62,695 nucleotides of DNA from Macrostomum lignano (Eukaryota). The position numbers and the translations under genes are program-made. The notes beneath the pieces were generated by a model. The model was not told the origin of the DNA, searched no databases, and saw only the letters and a program-made list of their open reading frames with translations. This document shows positions 1-37,150 of the stretch, one piece after another. The DNA lies in assembly GCA_002269645.1 (NCBI GenBank), contig NIVC01004054.1:1-62695 (forward strand), in the 5' to 3' direction. Position 1 is the stretch's first letter, and each line of letters starts with the position of its first letter.

Positions 1-98
1 ACCCCGAACCCCGACCCGACCCGGAACACCTACCCCGAACCCGACCCGGTACCAAAACCCGACCCGAAACCCGACCCGACCCCGAACCCCGAACACCC
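1..98. repeat. ACCCG(A/AA) short-motif array, possibly a DNA-transposon subterminal repeat
   Basis: Repeated acccgaacc/acccgaccc, truncated by the window edge. Confidence 0.6.
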
Positions 99-549
99 AC
101 CTGTCTGGGAGGGTTTGACTAATGCATGGGAAAACAGGGGAGCCCTGCGCTATTGGGGACCGAATATGAATCGATATTTACGCCTCTCAGCTGCGACGCG
201 AGCCCGGCTGCGCCGGTAAAAATTCGATACTTGCCCTGACGTAAATGCTGAATACACAGCTGTAGGTGCAGCTGAACTTGCTGCAGTTCAGCTTTTGGCT
301 TTGCTCTGTTAATCATCAGCACTGATCGTGGCCACCGCTGCCCAGGTTTTATGGCGCTGCAGAATTCCGTGTGGCTAAATATGGCTGAATTGGTCACAGA
401 GTGCCTGGGGCCTTATGCAAGCTGCTCTTGGGTTGACCTCGGCTGACCCCGTGTGTGTGTGTGAACTTTCTAAATTAGGTCGTACTTTATAACTTTGCAT
501 ACCTGCGTGAATTCCTTTCATGTAGCTGAGAGCTCGCACAAAAATGAAT

Positions 550-1090
550 ATCACCGATCTTGTGTGATTTGGCGCCATCACCGATCTTGTCTGATTTGGC
601 GCCATCACCGATCTTGTCTGTTTGGCGCCATCACCGATCTTGTCTGATTTGGCGCCATCACCGATCTTGTCTGATTTGGCGCCATCACCGATCTTGTCTG
701 ATTTGGCGCCATCACCGATCTTGTCTGATTTGGCGCCATCACCGATCTTGTCTGATTTGGCGCCATCACCGATCTTGTCTGATTTGGCGCCATCACCGAT
801 CTTGTCTGATTTGGCGCCATCACCGATCTTGTCTGATTTGGCGCCATCACCGATCTTGTCTGATTTGGCGCCATCACCGATCTTGTCTGATTTGGCGCCA
901 TCACCGATCTTGTCTGATTTGGCGCCATCACCGATCTTGTCTGATTTGGCGCCATCACCGATCTTGTCTGATTTGGCGCCATCACCGATCTTGTCTGATT
1001 TGGCGCCATCACCGATCTTGTCTGATTTGGCGCCATCACCGATCTTGTCTGATTTGGCGCCATCACCGATCTTGTCTGTTTTGGCGCCGA
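550..1090. repeat. 27-nt minisatellite, ~20 near-identical copies
   Basis: Unit tcaccgatcttgtctgatttggcgcca. Confidence 0.97.
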
Positions 1091-1555
1091 TATTAGCCAT
1101 CACAACTATGGCTGGCTAAGCGCATAGCGCATCAATCGATTCGCATAGAAGCATCACAAATGCCTTCACCTCAGTTCAGTTTGACTCCATGACTTCAGTT
1201 CACACAAATTCCGCATTGTTTGCTGCTGCAACAGGCAGACGTATCTTACTTTTGAAAAAGCAGCAAGACCAAAAAGTCAAGCGCCAAGCTCAATTAAAAG
1301 CTACAGACGTCCTTTTTAAGCGTAGATTTCTTCTTTAATGAAAATTGCTACTTCTCCCGCTGCTTCTCCTGCTGCTTCGAGTTCATTTCCTGCAGATTGA
1401 AAGAGAAGTTTGACTTGCCTCCCCCAGCGCATGCAAGTAGCGAATTTGGCTTGCCTCGGCTTTGGGGCTTCTGTGCAGTTCTGGGCTGCAATTGGGAGGC
1501 CCGCGATTCACTGAAATGTCTGAATTTGGGCTGGGGGTAAGATAGGTGAGATGAT

Positions 1556-1766
<211 letters not shown>

Positions 1767-2459
1767 TGCAGGTGGCTCCCCAAAATCCGGGGGTCAGTCC
1801 TGCTGTCCCTCATCGAATGCGGCACAGAGACATTGGGCGCGGGTATCGAATAGAGTTCATAAAGGATGAGGCGCAGAGGCTGCAGTCACCAGCAGGCCAA
1901 ATGGCAGGAGCGCAGCAGTAGCATGGCCCTCACCGCTCCAGGCGGATGCTGGGTGCAGTGATGAAGCGGGCAGGCGGCTGCAGGCAGCAGCAGCAGCGTT
2001 GGAGGCTTTACAGCCGGCCCCTCATCCCCCCCTCGCCTTTCTCCCCTTTCCCCTCTGCCTTCCCATTCGGAATTCGCAGTTTGGATTCCGGCAGGGCATC
2101 GGCAGCGGTGTGCGGCAGTTTGTGGGTGTGCAGGGCGCTTCGCCCGCAATCGCTGGGCCGCCCCCACCCCAGCCGACCTTGCATCCAAATTGGGCAGCGG
2201 CAGGCCCGCATCGCATCCGTGTTGCTGCCGGTTTGCGGGGAACTTACAGTTTCCTGTGTGTGCCAGCGCGTCGGACTCGGCCGAGCCTCCTTCAGCATCG
2301 ACAGCGGCCGGGAGGACCTGCGGGCAGTTGAGCTAATTGAGTGGGCGGGAGAATTCGCTCACCTGGCCTGACTGAACAATGCATGTTGAAATCGGCTCCA
2401 ACAGGTAAGCGTGAGGCAGTTGGCTTGCTCAAGTGAAATTTCAGCATAGCAGATTTGCC

Positions 2460-16693
<14,234 letters not shown>

Positions 16694-16726
16694 GTCCATC
16701 TTTGTTCTCGCCAGAACAAAGACTCC

Positions 16727-16732
16727 AATAAA
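16727..16732 (+). promoter_or_regulatory. Probable poly(A) signal of the collagen gene
   Basis: AATAAA 34 nt after the TAA stop. Confidence 0.5.
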
Positions 16733-17605
16733 TTCTGCAGAATGCCGGATGCTGAGTCAGCTTAGCGAAAATTTCTCATTCAAACTATCGACTTTTAAAA
16801 CTCTCGAAACGAACATTTTCAGCCTCGACAATTGTGCTTTTCTCTGTGCGTTTTTGCTTCAACTGTGTGTCCGACTGCTATGCTATAATTTCATTATATT
16901 TTAAAACAGAATTGTAGAAAGTTAAAACAGAACTGCTTGCCTTTAGTCCAAATCTTAAATTCTACTTTGCTGATGTTCAATATTTAGGAAAAATTTATTG
17001 ACTTGTTTAACTCCCAACAAAGCGCTCTTGTTTTCAAATATCCTCTGTTCTATTGGCGAAAACTCAATTTAACTTTTATTCAACAATTCTGTGCCGTGAA
17101 GCACCGCGGAACTGAATTCAACAACTACCAATGAAATGTGCGGCTAATTTTACTCGTTCTTTGCTAATATTTCTACTGTAAGTAGAGAAAATGGAAACTA
17201 TTATACAGAACTAAAGTGCGAACAAGTGGACAGAGCTTTATCTGAGGCTTTTCGTGCGATGCACACCCATGAAGGCCAACCGCCAACCCCCAAGGCACAG
17301 AAAGAGTGTACATGCCTGTACGGCCTGTCCATAAGTGTGTGCCTGTGTACAGCTGTAGAGAAATGAGCGAACTATTTAATTAGCTTGTAGTAGACGACGC
17401 AGACGAGACTAAATTATCAGGAGCCAGACACGTAGGGCCGTGCCGGGCCCAAATCAGTGTAGCGCGTGTATTTAAGGCATTATTTTTGGGGTTTGAGTGC
17501 AATTAGATAAGACGGGGGTGGAGTGCGCGACTGAGGAAAGAGGCGAGAACGGAGAGCCAATCAGAAGGCAGCGAGGGAGAGAGAGATAAGAATAACAAGA
17601 TTGAA

Positions 17606-17607
<2 letters not shown>

Positions 17608-17657
<50 letters not shown>
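17608..17657. repeat. (GA)n tract downstream of a CCAAT motif
   Basis: gagccaatcag at ~17554 followed by GA repeats. Confidence 0.9.
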
Positions 17658-17660
<3 letters not shown>

Positions 17661-18299
17661 AAAGTTAACAGACGAGTGAAGGTGAGCCCTCCTGCTCAGT
17701 AGTAGTAAGTAGGAGGAACGCTGCAGTTCCCAGAGATCCTGAGTATAGGATAAGCTTATGGGAATCGCGGCTTCCCATAAGCAGATTAACAAATCCGGCT
17801 GTTATAAACTCAGCCTTGCTGCTGGGGAATCTTCTTTCTTGGGCTGTGAGATCATTATTGAGCATTGATCCCCCAGCTCGAATCGATGGGCTGCTGCAGC
17901 CGACATGGAGGCTGAAGTGCTCCATCTGCTCTCCCCTTCAATTCCAGCCACACCCGGAGCCTCGAATGCCCCCCGCTCAAAGGTGCACAATTAATTTTAC
18001 TGCTCAACTGACGAGCAGCAGCTGATCAGGCCCCAATTAGGGTGCAGGGGGATCTGGCCCAGACTCCCGACATAGTTGGCTTCGAAACTTTCTTAGTCCC
18101 GTTCGTCGCTCTTATTCGCAGTGGGAATTACGGAACTGCATTAACTAGCTTGCCCGCCTTTATCTGGGTGAGTCCTCTGCCTTTCAGGAGCTTGTATCTC
18201 TCTTGTCTCTCGATCAGCCTTTCTTCTCACTTGCTGTATGATATTAATCGGCTATTGACTCTCATCTCAATCTCTTCTCACCCCCATCTTCAATATCTC

Positions 18300-19240
18300 T
18301 CCGACTCCCTGTCCTTCTTACCCCTCCCTCTCACCCCTGTCTACTTCTCACCCAGCTGTCTCTCACTCGCCCCTGTCTCACTCTCACCTCTGTCTCCCTC
18401 TCACCCCTGTCTCCCTCTCACCACTGTTTCCCTCTCACTGTCTCCCTCTCACTGTCTCCCTCTCACCCTGTCTCCCTCTCACCCTTGTTTCCCTCTCACC
18501 TCTGTCTCTCTCTCACCCTGTCTCCCTCTTACCCCTGTCTCCCTCTCACCCCTGTCTCCCTCTCACCACTGTTTCCCTCTCACTGTCTCCCTCTCACCCT
18601 GTCTCCCTCTCACCCTGTCTCCCTCTCACACCTGTCTCCCTCTCACACCTGTTTCCCTCTCACCCCTGTCTCCCTCTCACCCTGTCTCCCTCTCACCCTG
18701 TCTACTCACCTAACTGTCTCCCACTCACCACTGTCTCCCTCTCACCCTGTCTCCCTCTCACCCCTGCTTCCCTCTCACCCCTGTCTCCCTCTCACCCTGT
18801 CTCCCTCTCACCCTGTCTACTCACCTAACTGTCTCCCTCTCACCACTGTCTCCCTCTCACCCTGTCTCCCTCTCACCCTGTCTACTCACCTAACTGTCTC
18901 CCTCTCACCACTGTCTCCCTCTCACCCTGTCTCCCTCTCACCCTGTCTACTCACCTAACTGTCTCCCTCTCACCACTGTCTCCCTCTCACCCTGTCTCCC
19001 TCTCACCCTGTCTACTCACCTAACTGTCTCCCTCTCACCCTGTCTCCCTCTCACTTCTGTCTCCCTCTCACCACAGTCTCCCTCTCACCCCTGTTTCCCT
19101 CTCACCACTGTTTCCCTCTCACCACTGTCTCCCTCTCACCACAGTCTCCCTCTCACCCCTGTTTCCCTCTCACCCCGTCTCCCTCTCACCCCTGTCTCCC
19201 TCTCACCCCTGTCTCCCCCTCACCCCTGTCTCCCTCTCTC
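18300..19240. repeat. ~17-nt pyrimidine-rich satellite (ccctctcacccctgtct)
   Basis: Direct inspection. Confidence 0.95.
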
Positions 19241-19689
19241 CCAACCCCACTTCACTGTACCCCTATTTTTTCCCTAATGCCCCACCCTGCGGTCATTCGC
19301 TCTTCGAACTGCGGTCTTCGCTCAGTGCTACAAATCTCGCTCTCTAGAAGCCTGCCGACCTTCCAGCTTCTTCTCTTCATCGTAGCAACTACGCCTTCGC
19401 GTGCCCACAAGTTGGCTTGGCAGGAAAAATAGCGCAATTTTAGCTACATCAGTGCAGCCAACCCACAGCCGTGTGGACAGGGGAAGTTTTCTAATGCCCT
19501 GCTGGCGTCTCTTGCCGCCTGTCCCGGGTGACTGAGAAGGTCAATGGAAAACAGAACTGCAAACTGTTTGATGAGCTGACAGCAGCTTTTGCAGCATGGG
19601 TGGGGAAAGTGCAGCCTAATAACCTTAGTTAAATTCAATTGTTAAACTCGAGTAACTTCGGTCACGAACCTCCGGTAACTTCTGCTACT

Positions 19690-20060
19690 AACCTCAAGTA
19701 GCTTTAGTTACTGACCTCAAGTAGATTTAGTTACTGACCTCAAGTAGCTTTAGTTACTGACCTCAAGTAGATTTAGTTACTGACCTCAAGTAGCTTTAGT
19801 TACTGACCTCAAGTGGATTTAATTACTGACCTCAAGTAGATTTAGTCACTGACCTCAAGTAGATTTAGTTACTGACTTCAATTAGCTTTAGTTACTGACC
19901 TCAAGTAGATTTAGTTACTGACCTTAAGTAGATTTAGTTACTGACTTCAATTAGCTTTAGTTACTGACCTCAAGTAGATTTAGTTACTGACCTTAAGTAG
20001 ATTTAGTTACTGACTTCAATTAGCTTTAGTTACTGACCTCAAGTAACTTTAGTTACTAAC
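19690..20060. repeat. 23-nt minisatellite
   Basis: Unit ctcaagtagctttagttactgac. Confidence 0.94.
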
Positions 20061-20699
20061 TTTGTGGAACTTCGGCTTTTAAACTACAGTAACTGCAGTT
20101 ACTGACTCCAGCTCTTTCAGTTCAAAACACCAGACGCGATTTTCACGCTTGTCTGCCCCGGTGTACTTTTAGGTTTTTTCATGCTCTTTGTTTATTTTTC
20201 CCAACACCCAGCCACTCACTGACGATTGCGCAAAGCATGACAGCTGTGCTCGGCTTGTCGTCGGGCTGCGGGCTGCCTTGAGCTGACAAGCAGGCATATT
20301 AGACTAGTTAATCCTCCAAGGCTTTGCCAGACCCACCGAAGCAAGCGAAGACGGCGAGCCATTTCTTTGGATCTTATCGTTAGCAGAGAAAATTGACAAA
20401 TCCTTTATCTGACGCAGTACGTGAAAAGCAATCGAGCATTTCTTTTTACTGTAAGCACTCGTAATAAAACACGCGGGGATTATCACACACGGACCTCAAA
20501 AATCGAAAAATTAGAAATGCGAGCATCCAAGAGATCAGATATATTTGTGGTTTGGCGTAATTAACGTTTGCTAATTAGAGCAGCAAAATAGTGCTTGATT
20601 TCTCTGTAAAAAATTTAGAAGCCGCTAGCGCAGAACAATATTTCATTTACCACACCGATAGATCCACCTCAGTTTCCTCTTTAATAACACAAACAATAT

Positions 20700-21905
20700 T
20701 TTCTGTCCTCCGAAAACACCCACCTCACTCCCATCTTTAAAAACACCCACCCCATTCTCTGTCCTCCAAAAACACCCACCTCACTCCCATCTTTAAAAAC
20801 ACCCACCCCATTCTCTGTCCTCCAAAAACACCCACCTCACTCCTATCTTTATAAACACCCACTCCATTCTCTATCCTCCAAAAACACCCACCTCACTCCC
20901 ACCTTTTAAAACACCCACCCCATTCTCTGTCCTCCAAAAACACCCACCTCACTCCCATCTTTAAAAACACCCACTCCATTCTCTGTCCTCCAAAAACACC
21001 CACCTCACTCCCATCTTTAAAAACACCCACCCCATTCTCTGTCCTCCAAAAACACCCACCTCACTCCCATCTTTAAAAACACCCACCCAATTCTCTGTCC
21101 TCCAAAAACACCCACCTCACTCCTATCTTTATAAACACCCACTCCATTCTCTATCCTCCAAAAACACCCACCTCACTCCCACCTTTTAAAACACCCACCC
21201 CATTCTCTGTCCTCCAAAAACACCCACCTCACTCCCATCTTTAAAAACACCCACTCCATTCTCTATCCTCCAAAAACACCCACCTCACTCCCACCTTTTA
21301 AAACACCCACCCCATTCTCTGTCCTCCCAAAACACCCACCTCACTCCCATCTTTAAAAACACCCACCTCATTCTCTGTCCTCCAAAAACACCCACTTTAC
21401 TCCCATCTTTAAAAACGACTGCCCCATTCTCTGTCCTCCAAAAACACCCACCTCACTCCCATCTTTAAAAACACCCACCCCATTCTCTGTCCTCCAAAAA
21501 CACCCACCTCACTCCCATCTTTAAAAACATCCACCCCATTCTCTATCCTCCAAAAACACTCACCTCACTTCCATCTTTAAAAACGCCAGCCCATTCTCTG
21601 TCCTCCAAAAACACCCACCTCACTCCCAACTTTAAACACCCACCCCATTCCTGTCCTCCAAAAACACTCACCTCACTGCCATCTTTAAAAACGCCAGCCC
21701 TATTCTCTGTCCTCCAAAAACACCCACCTCACTCCCAACTTTAAACACCCACCCCATTCTCTGTCCTCCAAAAACACCCACCTCACTTCCATCGTTAAAA
21801 ACACCCACCCCATTCTCTGTCCTCTAAAGACACCCAACTCACTTCTATCTTTAAAAACACCGAAAAACACTGAAAACACCCATTCTCTGTCCTCCAAAAC
21901 ACCCA
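20700..21905. repeat. ~56-nt dimeric satellite, ~21 copies
   Basis: Unit aaaaacacccacctcactcccatctttaaaaacacccaccccattctctgtcctcc, built from two related halves. Confidence 0.95.
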
Positions 21906-22829
21906 CCTCACTCTCATGACACTGCCGCATTCCCTCTGAAGTCGCCCGCATCAATCTACTCGAGACTGTCCATCAATTAAGAAGCCCTCATATCAGGGCA
22001 GGATTATTCCTGGCCTCTTCACGCCCATCAAATCGTTGATGCGGCCCTCCGGCTCCCGAGGCTCACCGGCCCAGCCGAGGCGGAACTGGAAGTGACACTG
22101 ACAATTATTGGATAATGAGGGCGAAGGCTGGGGTGAGGACAGGGTGGGCTCCGAAAATTCCAGTGTATACACGCATTTAAAAGCAAGCAACTATCTCCGG
22201 GCGAGAGAAGATGCCGGTAGTGATGAGCCGTGATGCGCAGTTCAGTGACGCACAAGGGGCCCTGTTTTCTTTTTTCTTGCTCAGCGCAACGGGCTTAAAT
22301 CTATGAGTTAATCCACTCCAACCTTTCTTTGATGACCCCATTTCATTTTGTCCCAATATTTTTATTACCTTATATGCTTTACTTGATCGTATAAATTTTG
22401 CAGTTTCGAAAGCTTCTTTCTCAGCTGCGGCTCCGGAGTCTAATCTCAGCTAATCTCTTGTGAGCCTAAATTAGCCCCCCCTTGACAACAAGCAGCCCCC
22501 GCCAATCGCAATCAGTTTTCCAAAGGACCTGAAAACGCAATCGGAAACCAAAGAAAGGTGTGAGAGCATCTAACCTCCTCTTGTTCTCGTTTTCCTAAAA
22601 ATAGTGCCAACTCTTTGATAAAGCTGTTTGATGAAGCAGCTTTGATAAAGCAGGCTACTGATATTCCAAAGTCACAAAGTGGCGCATCTAACTCAAAAAG
22701 TGGCGCATCTTACTCACAAAGTGGCGCATTCGACCCACAAAGTGGCACATTTGACTCAGTCACCTCTGGCGTCAGGAGCGCACATGATTGTGCCTAGCTG
22801 TTATCCCCAAAACTCACCGTCGTATCCGC

Positions 22830-24945
22830 AACTTAACTTACTTGACCCTGAGAGGGTTATGGTGGCAGCCCGGATGTCTCTACGCGAGAGGCGCAAGAGG
22901 AGCTTCCGGAGCTGGTGAGAGGGCTGAGGGACAGCGCCTCTGGATTGCCTGCAGGTAGTGCAGTTCGCCCAAGTCAAGCGGTGCTGGGTCCTGATCCAAG
23001 CTTTGATTGCGCAAGTCGATGACACAGCCGGGGATAGGGACAATGGGTTCAGGCCCGAGAGAGGAGCCGGAGGCGCCAACTTTTGCAAGGGCGTCAGCCA
23101 ACTCATTCCCTCGGATTCCCACATGCCCCGGAATGCACTTAAGGGTGATTTTGTTGGTGGAGCCCAACATGTTGAGGAGTTTGGTACAGTCGAGGACTGT
23201 AGCAGAATTGGTGCTGCAGCCACTGATGGCGTGCAAGGCAACTTGGCTGTCCGAATGGAAAATGATGTTCTTACCGGTAACGCCAGTGGCGAGAAGCTCT
23301 GCGGTGCAGGAGCTGATAGAGAGAACTTCATTTTGGAAGACACTGGAGTTGATCCTAGTGCACTGAGCGTGGGTTGCGATGACCCTCCCGTTCAGGAAGA
23401 TTCCAACACCAAAACCGGTGTTGGCTGACTGCATAGAACCGTCGGTGTAGCAATGAAGCTCATCAGGGTTCCAGTGGTCATTGATGGTATCGCGCGAGTC
23501 GATAGCTACGGAGTAGCGTTGTCTCAGGTTGAGCGTTGAGGCAATGCCTTCGGTGAAGACGCGATTGGCCTGAAACTCGTTGAGAATGTTGAGGCACAGG
23601 TCGCTATGCGGGACGAGGTTCCGCTTAGCAGGTGCCCTCATGTAAAGGAATTTGACACCGGCATCAAGTAAACGCCGCGTCGTCCTAGCCGCCTCACCCC
23701 CCTGACGAAGAGGTCGAGAGGCGGTAGATTAAGGAAGGCCCCCATGCCGGCAAAGGGCGTGGACCTGGTGGCGTTGCAGATAAGCCTACACGCTCTACCT
23801 TGGATCGCGTTGAGCAGATCTGCATGGCTTTTGAACTGCGTAGCGCTAACCCAGACAACAGAGGCGTATGTAATGGCAGGTCTAACTACGGAAGTGTAGA
23901 TCCACCAAAGCCACTTAGGCGATAGACCCCAAGAAGTGCCAAGTGCTCGTCGGAGCTGGGCCAGGATGGCTGAGGCACGCTTGGCTTTTGCTTTCACGTG
24001 GAAGGACCAGTTGAGCCGGTGGTCTAGCATGACCCCGAGACATCTGGTCTGGTGCGCGAAGGCAATATCTCTGCCATAGAGCTGCAGAGGTCGAATGTTC
24101 CAGCGTATTCTGCTGGTGAACATAATGGCAACAGTTTTTGGGCTCAGAGGGTTCCAGACCGTTGTCATTGGCCCAGGATTCTGCTTTGCGGATAAAACTC
24201 TGCATCAGATCCTTGTGCATGCTGGGAGACGGCCTTGCGACAATGGCCGTGACGTCGTCAGCAAACCCGACTTTGAAGACGGGATCAGGTCGGGAGTCAC
24301 TCAGAAGAGCGTCCATGACCAGGTTCCAGAGCGTCGGGGTGAGGACTCCACCTTGGGGTCCACCCTTACAGACTCTGGGGGAGGCAGTTTGCCCTAGGAG
24401 TTGGGCAGTGACCGTACAGTTAGAGATCATGTACATGATCCACCGTATGAGGGTAGCATGAGCTTTGTGATTTTGAAGGGCCCTCTGAAACGCTTCAAAG
24501 ATAACGTTGTCGAAGGCGCCAACAATGTCAAGAAAGAGAGCCAGGGCGTAACCGTCACCCAGTACCGCCCGTTCAATCTTCTCGACAATCGCATGCAGGG
24601 CGCTGTCAGTCGACCTCCCGGTACGGAAGGCGTGCTGATTATTGCTGAGGGGCATCGCTGTCAGCTCGCAGGAGAGCAGCCGCCAGAGAATAAGCCTCTC
24701 AGTGAGCTCAAGCATTGCTGATGTTAAGCTAATTTGCCCAAAGGCCTTGACGCTCTGGTAGTCACCATTCCCAGGTTTGGGAATGAAGACTATCCGAGCT
24801 TCGGCCCAGCACTTGGGAACGTATCCCAGCTGGATAGAAGCCCGCATGAGATTGCGGGTAAGTCTCAGGAACGTGGGTATCTTGGCTGCTTCACGAAGAA
24901 GAACAGGGTAGATACCATCAGGTCCAGGAGATTTGAAAGGCTTGC
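22830..24945 (-). mobile_element. Truncated, frameshifted non-LTR retrotransposon (RT + RNase H; LOA/Lian/R1-like)
   Basis: PFKSPGPDGIYP, QHAFR.GRST, FLDIVGAFD, PQGGVL.P.LWNLVMD and FADD in ORF 23915-25060. The RT C-terminus continues in ORF 23638-24168. RNase H motifs YTDGS, SDSQVAL and PGHVGIRGNELADALAK are in ORF 22880-23641. No endonuclease (5' truncated) and no zinc knuckle (3' truncated). Confidence 0.93.
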
Positions 24946-25165
24946 GGTCGTATCCACAAGCTCGACAGTCCTTTGCCCCCCTCCCCAGTTTGTGTCTTCC
25001 CAGATCTTCCAGTTGCTCGTCTCGAACGCCCCCCCCCAATGAGCGGTGCGGGCCAATCAAATCTCGGGGCGCCTGACCGTGTCGCCCAACTCTGGGAGTT
25101 TAAATGCGCCCGCAGTGGCACAGATCCCAGATCCCATCGACACGATTCTCCGTCAGTCAGCCCCC

Positions 25166-34763
<9,598 letters not shown>

Positions 34764-35730
34764 ATGGTAGAAACTCGCCTATCTGATTGAGCCCCTGCAC
34801 CTGTTGAATGTCTGACTCTGGTTTGAAGAGCATATCAACTAGTCAGTGTCAATTTATTTTAGTTTTCTCTGTTGTCAGAAAGTTGTCAAAGTTGATTTTT
34901 GATCTTACTGCTTTTGTAACTTAGCCTGCATTGCACTCCATTGAAATTAGATGCTTCATACTAGAGTTACAGTACTAGTGTTACATCAAAGTGTTACAAC
35001 CCACAAAATTATTGTCAAGAATACAGTAACATTACTATTATTTCATGCATCTGCCCAAGACGACCCTGCAGTTTGTCAGGTAACGATCTGTCAATATCTG
35101 CTTTCTCATGCAGACACTGAACTCAACTGACTGTGATTGTCTCAATTGGCGAATTTCTCTGTCCTGGAGCTCACTGAAGCTTTGCAAACTCAATAAATTC
35201 TGCAGCTCGGCACGACAGTAATTCCTATATTACTTCCTCGTTGTGACGAATATCGAGTTTTGTGACTTAAGTCAGTCAGAATCTGAAATATGGAATATGC
35301 AATTAGAACTCTGGCACGTTGGCTAGATAGGATTTTGTAGGCTAATTAACAACTAGACATTCTGTATCAGCATCCTTAAGCTTTAGGCAACATATTTGAC
35401 ACGGTCTATATAGCAGCTTTGGCCTTTATTATCCAGATATATTAACGTGACAGAACAACAAGCACTCAGCAGCTTGCAGATACACGTCACAATAATTGTT
35501 TCTCGAACCTCCCGAGTCTATACTCTCTTCATTAGACAAAACAGGTCACATATTTGTTGTTAGCTCCATCAGCTTCTATTCTCATTTTCTTGACTCTACT
35601 CAGCACTTGAACACTTCATCGCCATCTGACAGGAGTAGTTCCATCAGCTCAAACAGTCTTCTTGGCCAACTGGACAACTATCAGGAGGGTTCAGGCTATG
35701 CCTAAGATTAAATACGATAGATACCGGTAA

Positions 35731-36420
35731 TACAAGGCGTGACCAAAAAGAAGCGAGGACTGTTTTGTACTCGTAAATTCCAAAAAATTGCTTTGACCAA
35801 AATGAATCGATTATGCTCTTGAAGCATAGCTTCTCAGCTTTCATACGAAGCAGCCGTATGCGCAGTCTGGTGCGTCTGCTATTTCTGCAGTGACTTCGAT
35901 TTCAAAGTCAATGTCCGCAATGCATGGTAGGGAGCGAGTTACGAACGTATGGATATTTGATAATTTATCCAGGTGAGGCCCATATAAGTGGCCCAAATGA
36001 TTCCGGGATGGACGTGAGAATGTCGATAAAAAGTCTGGACAACCCTCAACGTCAAGAACTGGCTTCCTGGCATGTGCCCAGGAGGTGAAGTTTTGTTTTT
36101 GGGACAAATTAACAATTCTATTTTATTGTTTTGGGAATGGCCGAACATCCTCGTTGAGGATCTTAGCATGAGGAAGGTGTGCGCCAAGATGGTGCTAAGG
36201 TTGCTTACTGACCATCAGAAACAGTTGCGATTAGACATTGCCCAGGACATCATCATCTAGCTATAAGATGAGATGAGGCACTCTGCAGAGTTGGTCCATG
36301 CACCTTATTCTACCAGGTATGACATCGTGCATTTTTTGGCTGCTACCCGAGGTAAAACAGTGAAACACCTCGAAGGAACAACATTTGAAGACTTGACAAG
36401 CCCTCCCCAAAGGAACAAGA
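35731..36420 (+). mobile_element. Internally deleted mariner (Tc1/mariner) remnant
   Basis: ILVEDLSMRKVCAKMVLRLLTDHQKQLRLD matches the mariner WVP-region. ELVHAPYS...LEGTTFED is a degenerate HPPYSPDL..G.RF region. A TA-initiated TIR-like start (tacaaggcgtgaccaaaaag) is at 35731; the right TIR is not confirmed. Confidence 0.7.
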
Positions 36421-37150
36421 TTCTGTAGTTGACTGATTTCTTATTTTTTAGTTATAAAAATTGTCGAGACGTTTTATGGAAGGAAAAATTATTTTATGGC
36501 TACCAGAATTTCACTTTCTCTAATATCCATGGACTAAAATTGTGAGTATGATCTATGAGATACTCTATTAGCCCTTTAGATTTAGTCGCAATAATTAAAA
36601 ACTAATTAAAGAAAGCAAGAAGCACTGAATGGAGTCGCTCGCATTAGCAGAGACTATTGGACGGCATTGGGCTTGTGCTTGGAATATGCCGACTTAGTGC
36701 ACAGTTCACTGCCTTGGAACTCCTGAACAGACTGCGGTCCCGGCGTCGTGTTAAATATCGCTTGATGGTCTTTCTCTAATTGGCACTTTAAGCTTATGTA
36801 GTACGAGATGCGACGTACGCTTGGGTCGACATGATACAGTCCACTCTGACTTGTATTTGAAAAATAGTCTATGGTCATAGACTGACTACCTCCACCCGAG
36901 CTGTTCTACCGAGACTGCGTGTTATTGCCTTTCTAGACCATAGACTACTAGCCTATAGGGAAGTCAATGCATTCATTTGCAGTCGGGATGTAGTGGTATA
37001 ACATGCGAGCGCCTGTTAAAGGAGGAGCCGGCCCAAGTTTCTGAGCATCCCTACTTCAGAACAATATACCATTGTATATATACTTTTAGCACTTGCATTT
37101 CACAGTCAAGATTGCTTTAAAAATGTATGCACACTTCATATTAGTTAATA

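Noticed and set aside
375-1119. Repeat ORFs (GAKSDKIGD etc.)
   Set aside because: Translations of a 27-nt satellite, open in most frames.
19690-20060. Nuclear-receptor half-sites (TGACCT/RGGTCA) repeated in several satellites
   Set aside because: A 6-mer match is easily reached by chance, and the spacing does not form standard DR/IR elements.
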